44,806 nucleotides of DNA from a virus. Below the pieces are notes generated by a model, which saw only the letters and a program-made list of their open reading frames with translations, made no database searches and was not told the DNA's origin. Positions within the stretch are counted from its first letter, which is position 1, and every line of letters begins with the position of its first letter. The position numbers and the translations under genes are program-made. Shown here one piece after another: positions 8,450 to 15,569 of the stretch. The stretch lies in IMG/VR virus record IMGVR_UViG_3300045988_038198, positions 1-44,806 of that record, one strand, 5' to 3'.

Positions 8450-9004
8450 ATGAGAGACATTAAAGACTTATGCGCAAGAATTGAAGACGAACTGTCCAAA
8501 ATCGCTGATAATGGACTGACCACCGGAAATCTGGAAATGACATACAAGTTGATTGATATGTACAAAGATATCAAGAACACTCAGTACTGGGATAAGAAAG
8601 TAGAGTACTACAACACTGTCCTTGATGAGATGCGTGGTGGCTACAATGACGATTACAGCGAACGTGGAAGAAAACGTGATAGTATGGGGAGATACAGCGC
8701 AAATGATGGCAGAATGATGCCGGATTACGACAGGGGCAATTCTTATGCCAGACGGGGTGAGCATTATGTCAGAGGGCATTACAGCCGTTCTGATGGACGA
8801 GATGCTTATGACGATTACATGACGCAGAAACAGAGCTATCGTTCCGGCAAGTCTGAGGACTGCAAGAGGAAGATGCTTGCCGCTCTGGAAGAACATCTGG
8901 ACGAACTCACAACAGAAATGAGCGATATGTCTAAGGACGCAGAGTGCCGGGAGGAACGCGATCTTGTCAAGAGATACGTAGAAAAACTCCGGGATATGCT
9001 TTAA
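8450..9004 (+). CDS. R/D/Y/G-rich low-complexity protein (184 aa)
   Basis: ATG at 8450 lies 7 nt after GGAGG. The central region reads RGGYNDDYSERGRKRDSMGRY...RGHYSRSDGRDAYDDY. Confidence 0.65.
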   Translation: MRDIKDLCARIEDELSKIADNGLTTGNLEMTYKLIDMYKDIKNTQYWDKKVEYYNTVLDEMRGGYNDDYSERGRKRDSMGRYSANDGRMMPDYDRGNSYARRGEHYVRGHYSRSDGRDAYDDYMTQKQSYRSGKSEDCKRKMLAALEEHLDELTTEMSDMSKDAECREERDLVKRYVEKLRDML

Positions 9005-9011
9005 AAACACA

Positions 9012-9051
9012 AAAAGTGGTAGAGAGGTAGTTAAAAGAAATCTGTTATAAT
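9012..9051 (+). promoter_or_regulatory. Putative late promoter: AAAAGTGGTAGAGAG, then 19 nt, then TGtTATAAT
   Basis: The 15-mer at 9012..9026 is identical to 44584..44598. The extended -10 is at 9043..9051. Confidence 0.55.
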
Positions 9052-9330
9052 GTAATTGTGCAGCAGGAAGCACAAGTAAAACGGTTGTTTTGACATTTTC
9101 GTTTTAATCCTCCTTTCTTTAATTTAGTAGCTGGTGCGCACGCTTTAATGGAAAGTTAAACAGGTCCGAATCCTGTCGTGCGTATTTGCCGTCTGGCACG
9201 CAAGATGGCTCACCTCCTTGATTAAGGTTTTTGTTATTTATACTTTTCTTTTAAAAGAAATAAATATCCGAAACAACTCGTGGCAGGCATAACACGTTAA
9301 ATACCTTGCTAACCCGGGAATCCGGGTTAA

Positions 9331-9403
9331 TGGAATGTAGCTCAGTAGGAAGAGCGGAGATGCTGAATTCTTGACGTCAGAGGTTCAAGTCCTCTCATTC
9401 CAT
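9331..9403 (+). tRNA. tRNA-like gene with a non-canonical anticodon arm; isotype not assignable
   Basis: Acceptor stem TGGAATG/CATTCCA, U8, D arm GCTC-AGTAGGAA-GAGC and T arm AGAGG-TTCAAGT-CCTCT are canonical. Positions 27-43 (GAGAT-GCTGAAT-TCTTG) do not pair. The best alternative is GAGA/TCTT with an 8-nt loop. Confidence 0.5.
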
Positions 9404-9480
9404 TACCCTGCCAGTGGTCTAACTGGCTTAATCCATTTACCTGCGGCGGCAGGTCAATAAACACGACCAGGAGGATATAT

Positions 9481-10113
9481 ATGCAGAAACTTATTGACAC
9501 ATTAAAATCGTATGGAATTGAAATCCCGGAAGATAAACAGGCAGATGTGAAGAAAGCACTCTCTGAGCATTATAAGAATGCTAAAGAAGTAGCGAAAACT
9601 CTGTCGAAAGTCGAGGGTGAACGTGATGACTGGAAAGAACGTGCCGAGACAGCAGAAGAAACCTTAAAAGGCTTTGACGGTATCGACCCGGCGAACATTC
9701 AGACAGAGCTTGCTGAATGGAAGAAGAAAGCTGAGGATGCAGAGAAGGAATTCAATGCAAAGATCTATGACCGCGATTTTTCAGACGCACTTAAAACAGC
9801 ACTTGATAATGTTAAATTTTCCAGTGAGGCTGCAAAAAGGTCAGTCATGGCAGACATTAAAGAAGCCGGATTAAAGCTGAAAGATGGCAAGATACTTGGG
9901 CTGAATGATTTGATTGAGCAGATGAAACAGTCTGACGCATCCGCTTTTGTGGATGAATCTCAGCAACAGGCTCAGCAGAATCAGGCAAGATTCACCACTC
10001 ACGTTGGACAGCAGCAGACACCGGGAAGCATGACAAAGAAAGATATCGAAGCAATCAAAGACCCGTCCGAGAGACAGGCTGCAATTGCTCAGAATATCCA
10101 GTTATTCCAGTGA
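9481..10113 (+). CDS. Scaffolding protein (GP20-like)
   Basis: A charged, helical 210-aa ORF directly upstream of the major capsid gene. RBS is AGGAGG. Confidence 0.7.
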   Translation: MQKLIDTLKSYGIEIPEDKQADVKKALSEHYKNAKEVAKTLSKVEGERDDWKERAETAEETLKGFDGIDPANIQTELAEWKKKAEDAEKEFNAKIYDRDFSDALKTALDNVKFSSEAAKRSVMADIKEAGLKLKDGKILGLNDLIEQMKQSDASAFVDESQQQAQQNQARFTTHVGQQQTPGSMTKKDIEAIKDPSERQAAIAQNIQLFQ

Positions 10114-10127
10114 TTTTTTTACACCGA

Positions 10128-10154
10128 CTATACATCAGAGTATAGCCACTAACC
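10128..10154 (+). promoter_or_regulatory. Leader element: hairpin CTATAC-atcaga-GTATAG, then 3 nt, then CTAACC
   Basis: A paralogous element with the same spacing lies at 13972..13997. Confidence 0.5.
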
Positions 10155-10192
10155 CAATACCTTAACAATTATGGGTAGAAAGGATTTTTTAT

Positions 10193-11359
10193 ATGGCAGT
10201 AAAAGCTAATCTTATTATGAGTAATGATATTCAGGTCACAGCACGTGAGATTGACTTTGTAACCAGATTCGAAAGAAACTGGGAACACTTACGTGAAATC
10301 CTTGGTATCATGCGTCCAATCAAAAAGACACCCGGAGCGGTTCTTAAATCAAAATATGCAGAGGGTACATTACAGAACGGAAATGTTGGTGAGGGTGAGG
10401 AAATCCCTTACAGCAAATTCGTTGTAAAAGAAAAGCCCTATGCAGAAATGACTATCGAGAAATACGCAAAGGCTGTATCTATTGAAGCAATCAAGGATCA
10501 CGGTTACGAGAACGCTGTTCAGATGACCGATGATGAATTCCTTTTCCAACTTCAGACCAATGTTACTGAAAGATTTTACAACTATCTGAAAACAGGTACT
10601 CTCTCATTCACGGAAACCACTTTCCAGATGGCTCTGGCAATGGCTAAGGGTCGTGTAGAAAACAAATTTAAGCAGATGCACAGAAATGTGACCGGTGTTG
10701 TTGGATTTGTAAACATTCTGGATGTGTACGAGTATATCGGAGCAGCTGAGATTTCTATTCAGAATCAGTTCGGCTTCCAGTACATGAAAGACTTCCTGGG
10801 ATTCAATACAATCTTCCTGTTATCTGACAGTGAAATTCCAAGAGGAACAGTAATCGCTACACCTGTTGAAAATATCGTTCTGTACTATGTTGACCCGAAC
10901 GAATCTGATTTTGCAAGAGCGGGTCTTGTATATACTGTATCCGGTGAAACAAATCTGATCGGATTCCATACACAGGGCAATTACCACACAGCAGTGTCTG
11001 AATCATTCGCAATCATGGGACTTACCCTCTTTGCAGAATATATTGACGCTGTTGCTGTCGGAACTATCAACGCAACTCAGACACTTGGAACTCTGACTGT
11101 AAACTCCACAGCAGGAAGTAAGAGCGGAGATACAAAAGTGACTGTTACTCCGGCAAAAGTAAGCGCAGGAAATGTGTACAAGTACAAAGTTGCATCATCT
11201 GAGACTTCCGTAGACTACGGACAGAATGTGAAGAACTGGAGCGCGTGGGATGGAAAATCTGACATTACCGCAACAACAGGACAGGTAATCACAGTGGTTG
11301 AGTGCGACAGTACCTATAAAGCACTGAGCGCCGGACATGCGACTGTAACAGCAAAATGA
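10193..11359 (+). CDS. Major capsid protein with a C-terminal Ig-like extension
   Basis: A 388-aa ORF after the scaffold gene. The last ~90 aa have an Ig-like strand pattern (TLTVNSTAGSKSGDTKVTVTPAKV...). Confidence 0.8.
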   Translation: MAVKANLIMSNDIQVTAREIDFVTRFERNWEHLREILGIMRPIKKTPGAVLKSKYAEGTLQNGNVGEGEEIPYSKFVVKEKPYAEMTIEKYAKAVSIEAIKDHGYENAVQMTDDEFLFQLQTNVTERFYNYLKTGTLSFTETTFQMALAMAKGRVENKFKQMHRNVTGVVGFVNILDVYEYIGAAEISIQNQFGFQYMKDFLGFNTIFLLSDSEIPRGTVIATPVENIVLYYVDPNESDFARAGLVYTVSGETNLIGFHTQGNYHTAVSESFAIMGLTLFAEYIDAVAVGTINATQTLGTLTVNSTAGSKSGDTKVTVTPAKVSAGNVYKYKVASSETSVDYGQNVKNWSAWDGKSDITATTGQVITVVECDSTYKALSAGHATVTAK

Positions 11360-11380
11360 TGATCGTGGGAGGTAACTGGC

Positions 11381-11884
11381 ATGGCTTATGCAGATTATGA
11401 ATTTTATACAACTTCATATTTCGGTTCGGTCGTGCCAGAAGCTGACTTTCCACGACTGGCAGAAAGAGCCAGTGATTTTGTGGACACAATGACATTTGAC
11501 AGGTTGGTGGACGGACTGCCGACAGATAAACGCTCTCAGAAGCGTATCAAAAAGGCGGTCTGTTCATTGGCTGAATTAATGTATCAGATTGAGCTTGCTG
11601 AAAAGAATGCTGCCAATGCCGCCGCTAGTGGAGCATCAACCACAATCGGGCCCGGTGGTAGCACGACAGGCGTTGTAACTTCTGTGTCATCCGGCAGTGA
11701 ATCCATCTCTTACGCCACGCCACAGCAAAAAGCATCAGGTGCAAAGGAATGGAGTGCAGTGTATGCCGCTGCCGGAGATGTACAGAAAACGAATGACTTA
11801 CTCTTAAAGACAGCTTTACCGCTTCTGATGGGAGTAAGGACGGATGAAGGGATACCGATTTTATATGCAGGATTTCAAGGTTGA
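11381..11884 (+). CDS. Head-tail connector (gp6-like adaptor)
   Basis: Position after the capsid gene. The N-terminus YADYEFYTTSYFGSVVPEADFPRLAERASDFVD is typical of gp6-like adaptors. Confidence 0.6.
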   Translation: MAYADYEFYTTSYFGSVVPEADFPRLAERASDFVDTMTFDRLVDGLPTDKRSQKRIKKAVCSLAELMYQIELAEKNAANAAASGASTTIGPGGSTTGVVTSVSSGSESISYATPQQKASGAKEWSAVYAAAGDVQKTNDLLLKTALPLLMGVRTDEGIPILYAGFQG

Positions 11885-12218
11885 TATCTTAGGCTCTGAA
11901 TGGAGCGTGAAGTTCGGGAACAAGAAACAATATCCGAGTCTGACAAATGCAGATGGCTATACTGATTTATCAACACGGGAAATTGTGGTTGATGACATGG
12001 AGACATCGCAGGGACAGATTGGAGTAAAAGCAGACCTTAAAAGTTATCAGAAGCAGGTTATTAGGCACGAAATCATCCACGCATTTCTGATGGAATCTGG
12101 ACTTGATTCTAATTCAAATAGTGCTGACAGCTGGGCTACAAACGAAGAAATGGTTGACTGGTTTGCTATTCAGTCACCAAAAATTTTTAAAGTATTCAAT
12201 GAACTTAAATTGATGTGA
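11844..12218 (+). CDS. Putative Zn-metallopeptidase-like protein (HEXXH)
   Basis: Contains VIRHEIIHAFLMESG. The start (11844 or 11865) overlaps the previous gene. Confidence 0.55.
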   Translation: MKGYRFYMQDFKVDILGSEWSVKFGNKKQYPSLTNADGYTDLSTREIVVDDMETSQGQIGVKADLKSYQKQVIRHEIIHAFLMESGLDSNSNSADSWATNEEMVDWFAIQSPKIFKVFNELKLM

Positions 12219-12228
12219 GGTGATAATA

Positions 12229-12498
12229 ATGGACATTACAACATTAGGCTCATGTATAGCAATCGTTATGATTTGCTACATCGTAGGAATGGGCTGTAAG
12301 GCATCAAAAAGAATCTCTGATGAATGGATTCCGGTGATCATGGCGGTTACTGGCGGGATTCTCGGAGCAGTCGGAATGGGAATTATCCCGGATTTCCCGG
12401 CAACGGATTATATCACGGCGGTTGCAGTCGGTATGTTTAATGGATTGTCGGCCACTGGTGTAAATCAGGTTATTAAGCAGACAGTGCAGAAAGAATAA
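12229..12498 (+). CDS. Holin-like membrane protein (phage_holin_4_1 / Hol44-like pattern)
   Basis: ATG follows GAGGTGA. It has two TM helices plus the amphipathic GLSATGVNQVIKQ tail typical of that holin family. Confidence 0.6.
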   Translation: MDITTLGSCIAIVMICYIVGMGCKASKRISDEWIPVIMAVTGGILGAVGMGIIPDFPATDYITAVAVGMFNGLSATGVNQVIKQTVQKE

Positions 12499-12514
12499 TT
12501 AAGGAGAGGGTATC

Positions 12515-12976
12515 ATGTACGAAAAAACTTTGACGATTTTCAATTATTATGAGAGTCCGACAACAGGAGATGCGTACTGGTATCCTCATGTTTTATCCGG
12601 CGTTGACCTTATTACGGATAAGGGGGCAATCATTAAGAAGTACGGGCCAGACGCAACAGACAACGCACAGTTACACGTGCGTTATACTGTCCAGAACGGC
12701 AATATAACCATTACTGATAAAGACGGTAAGATTCTCCCGTATGTACCACCTAAAGAGTGGAAACAGCAGATTAACAACGCTCTGGAAGATACTATCACAT
12801 TCTCAGACGAATCGTTTTTCTGGGAAGGTGAGTGGACTGGTGGAACAGTCACTGAAAGTGATTACCGAAATGGATTCTATCAGTACATGAATGAGAATAA
12901 GGATAACGTGTTTAAGATTACCAGTGTAGGCGGTCCGTATACACTGATTCCGCATTTTGAAATTTTGGGTAAGTAA
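12515..12976 (+). CDS. Head-tail joining / minor structural protein
   Basis: Position between the connector and tail genes. RBS is AAGGAGAGGG. Confidence 0.5.
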   Translation: MYEKTLTIFNYYESPTTGDAYWYPHVLSGVDLITDKGAIIKKYGPDATDNAQLHVRYTVQNGNITITDKDGKILPYVPPKEWKQQINNALEDTITFSDESFFWEGEWTGGTVTESDYRNGFYQYMNENKDNVFKITSVGGPYTLIPHFEILGK

Positions 12977-12977
12977 T

Positions 12978-13469
12978 ATGAGCAAAATTCATCATTTTAA
13001 AGGATTCTCTGTAGTCGATGGAGATATGAAAATCAAACTGAATATGGATAGATTCTCCAGACAGTATCAAGAAGCTCAGTATCTCCTTGATGGAATGGTC
13101 ATGGACAGTATGGTTCCGTTTATGCCGATGATTACTGGAGATTTTATTAACCGAACAAGAGTTAAAAGTACATCTTTACAAGGCAGTGGAAAAGTATGTG
13201 CGGCGGCGGCTCCTTATGGGCGTTTTCTGTATGAGGGAAAAGGAATGGTTGATGAAGCAACTGGAAGCCCCTACGCAAGACGTGGAGCAAAAAAAGTACT
13301 TGTTAGCCAGTATTCCGGTCAGACAAACGCAAAAGAGAACCTGGAATACACCAAACAAGCGCACCCACGGGCACAAGCCCATTGGTTTGATGCCGCTAAA
13401 CGACAATACGGTAGCACATGGATTCGCAAAGTAAAAGCACAAGCAGGAGGTGGACGACATGGCAGATAA
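12978..13469 (+). CDS. Tail-completion / HK97 gp10-like protein
   Basis: ATG at 12978 comes right after the previous stop. The HWFDAAKRQYGSTWIRKV motif resembles the gp10 family. Confidence 0.5.
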   Translation: MSKIHHFKGFSVVDGDMKIKLNMDRFSRQYQEAQYLLDGMVMDSMVPFMPMITGDFINRTRVKSTSLQGSGKVCAAAAPYGRFLYEGKGMVDEATGSPYARRGAKKVLVSQYSGQTNAKENLEYTKQAHPRAQAHWFDAAKRQYGSTWIRKVKAQAGGGRHGR

Positions 13470-13959
13470 GCCAATTGGCAAAGATGCAACAGGATATGAA
13501 ATTTTGACAGACGCCATGAAGGCACTTCTGAACCAGTATCCCGGGCTATACGAAAATGAAACAATCAAATTTGAGGAACTCGGCAAAGAATCCGGAATCG
13601 CTTTCTCAGCAGACAACGGAGCTTTGATCTATTCAGAAAAGGAAGATGTATGTGGAGTAATGCATCAGGTATGCCAGTACCCGTTTTATGTGGTTTACCG
13701 CACAGCATCCGATAAGGAACGGCAGAAGTTATCTGTTCAGAAGTTTCTGGACAGTCTCGGTAAATGGATATGCCGGGAACCAGTTATTATAAATGGCTCT
13801 GAGACACGTTTAAATGCGTTTCCAGAGCTTTCACAGGGGCGAGTAATAAAACGTATCACCCGTGATAATTCCTATGGTTTAGAGCCACAGGAGAACGGTG
13901 TACAGGATTGGTTATTACCATTATCGGTACGCTACGAAAACACTTATGAAGTAATATAA
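13459..13959 (+). CDS. Tail terminator-like / hypothetical structural protein
   Basis: ATG at 13459 follows GGAGGTGG. It lies immediately before the major tail gene. Confidence 0.5.
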   Translation: MADKPIGKDATGYEILTDAMKALLNQYPGLYENETIKFEELGKESGIAFSADNGALIYSEKEDVCGVMHQVCQYPFYVVYRTASDKERQKLSVQKFLDSLGKWICREPVIINGSETRLNAFPELSQGRVIKRITRDNSYGLEPQENGVQDWLLPLSVRYENTYEVI

Positions 13960-13971
13960 CGTAACAACTGG

Positions 13972-13997
13972 CTATCAATTAGAGATAGTCGCTAACC
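13972..13997 (+). promoter_or_regulatory. Leader element: hairpin CTATC-aattaga-GATAG, then 3 nt, then CTAACC
   Basis: Paralog of 10128..10154. Both are followed by AGAAAGGA, then 7-8 nt, then ATGGCAGT. Confidence 0.5.
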
Positions 13998-14038
13998 TAC
14001 ACAGCCTTTTAAAAGTTATAGGCAGAAAGGACATTTCT

Positions 14039-14539
14039 ATGGCAGTTACAGGAAAAATTGACCGTAAATATATGGCTCATTATGTTGATGCAGGTTCCCT
14101 CTGCGGAGGGCTGACACCAAAATATGAGCGTCTTGGAAAGGACCTGGAAGAGTACAATGTAGAACTCAATCCAGATACTGAAACATCTAAAAACATTCTT
14201 GGAGAATCCACATTCAAGCATAACGGCTATGAAGTTTCTTCTGACGCTGATCCGTTCTATGCAGACACTACTTCCGATCTGTTCACAGCATTGCAGAAGA
14301 TCGTAGATGGACGTCTCAAAGACGACAGCCTCAAGACAAAAGCAGTTGAAGTCCATCTCTGGACAGAAGCCACAGCAGGCAAGTATGAAGCATACCAGCA
14401 GGACTGCTACGTTGTACCGACTTCCTACGGCGGCGACACATCTGGCTATCAGATTCCGTTCACAGTTAATTACGTTGGAGAGCGCGTCAAAGGTAAATTT
14501 GACATTACTTCCGGCTCATTCACAGCTGACAGCGAATAA
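14039..14539 (+). CDS. Major tail protein
   Basis: A 166-aa ORF before the chaperone and tape-measure genes, with a strong leader and RBS. Confidence 0.7.
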   Translation: MAVTGKIDRKYMAHYVDAGSLCGGLTPKYERLGKDLEEYNVELNPDTETSKNILGESTFKHNGYEVSSDADPFYADTTSDLFTALQKIVDGRLKDDSLKTKAVEVHLWTEATAGKYEAYQQDCYVVPTSYGGDTSGYQIPFTVNYVGERVKGKFDITSGSFTADSE

Positions 14540-14559
14540 TTTTTAGGAGGGTGTAGAAA

Positions 14560-14985
14560 ATGGCAAAAACAATTAATACAAACATTGATGATGGATTTCT
14601 TCTTTTTACATTCACAAACAAACAGGGAGAAGTATTTTCTTCATTTAAGCTGAATCCTACCGACATTAACGTTGCGGCAAGAGCGGAAGAATTGGAAACT
14701 TTCTTTGAACAGGCTCAGGAATCTGTTAAAAATGTTTCTTCTAGCAAAGAAATGGCGGAGATTAATAAGCAGATTGAGGACAAAATCAATTATATGCTCG
14801 GATACGAAGCATCTAAGGATTTGTTCAAAGAACCAATTACCGCAACAACTGTGTTTGGAAATGGTCAGGTGTTTGCCTATATTGTACTTGATAAGATTTC
14901 AGAAGCAATTGCACCGGAAATTGAAAAAAGAAATAAAAAAATGCAGGCTACTGTTAATAAGTATACGGAGAAATACACAAAATGA
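14560..14985 (+). CDS. Tail assembly chaperone
   Basis: An acidic 141-aa ORF between the major tail and tape-measure genes. Confidence 0.6.
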   Translation: MAKTINTNIDDGFLLFTFTNKQGEVFSSFKLNPTDINVAARAEELETFFEQAQESVKNVSSSKEMAEINKQIEDKINYMLGYEASKDLFKEPITATTVFGNGQVFAYIVLDKISEAIAPEIEKRNKKMQATVNKYTEKYTK

Positions 14986-15554
14986 CCGCCTATGAGTTAC
15001 CCACCTCACTAAATATCAGTGGGGTGGATTTTTCTATCAGAACAGATTTTCGAGCGATACTCGACATTCTCATTTCCCAGAACGACCCGGAATTAAATGA
15101 TTATGGGAAAAAGCAAGTTATACTCAAAATTCTGTATGAAGACTGGCAGAATATCCCTCCAGAATGCCTGGAAGAGGCTTGCGTGAAAGCCTGTGAGTTT
15201 ATTGATTGCGGACAAGCAGAAGAGGACTCAGGCAAGCCCAAACCTCGATTGATGGACTGGGAACAGGACGGAGATATGATCGTACCGGCTGTAAATAAAG
15301 TTGCCGGGAAAGAAATCAGAGCCATTCCGTATATGCACTGGTGGACGTTCTTCGGATACTTCATGGAATCCGGTGAATGCCTGTTCAATACGGTCGTTGG
15401 AATCCGTTCAAAAAAAGCAAAGGGCGAAAAGCTTGATAAATGGGAAAAGAAATTCTATCAAGAAAACAAAAACATTGTTGATATAAAAACACGTCTCAGC
15501 GACGAGGAGCAAGCTTATAAAGATAAGCTGAATGAGATGTTGAACCTCAAATAG
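14982..15554 (+). CDS. Tail assembly protein (Gp15-like)
   Basis: ATGA overlap with the previous gene. It lies directly upstream of the tape-measure gene. Confidence 0.55.
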   Translation: MTAYELPTSLNISGVDFSIRTDFRAILDILISQNDPELNDYGKKQVILKILYEDWQNIPPECLEEACVKACEFIDCGQAEEDSGKPKPRLMDWEQDGDMIVPAVNKVAGKEIRAIPYMHWWTFFGYFMESGECLFNTVVGIRSKKAKGEKLDKWEKKFYQENKNIVDIKTRLSDEEQAYKDKLNEMLNLK

Positions 15555-15569
15555 TTAGGAGGTGGACAC

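Noticed and set aside
8468-9073. A 201-aa minus-strand ORF opposite 8450..9004
   Set aside because: It starts at a GTG in the spacer with no RBS, and its sequence is hydrophobic shadow-frame text. The plus-strand gene has GGAGG 7 nt upstream of its ATG and is coupled to its neighbour.
9331-9403. The tRNA-like gene as a suppressor tRNA explaining the in-frame TGA (5896) and TAA (41511)
   Set aside because: No TCA or TTA triplet lies in any plausible anticodon loop position. TGA and TAA also terminate most ordinary genes here, for example 1852..1854 and 1523..1525. Genome-wide stop-codon reassignment is therefore not supported.
14920-14990. A programmed -1 frameshift (G/GT type) joining the two tail chaperone genes
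   Set aside because: The A-runs at 14924..14940 are not in X_XXY_YYZ register with the 14560 frame. The -1 frame hits TAA at 14955..14957 before reaching the 14982 gene. The two genes instead overlap by ATGA.
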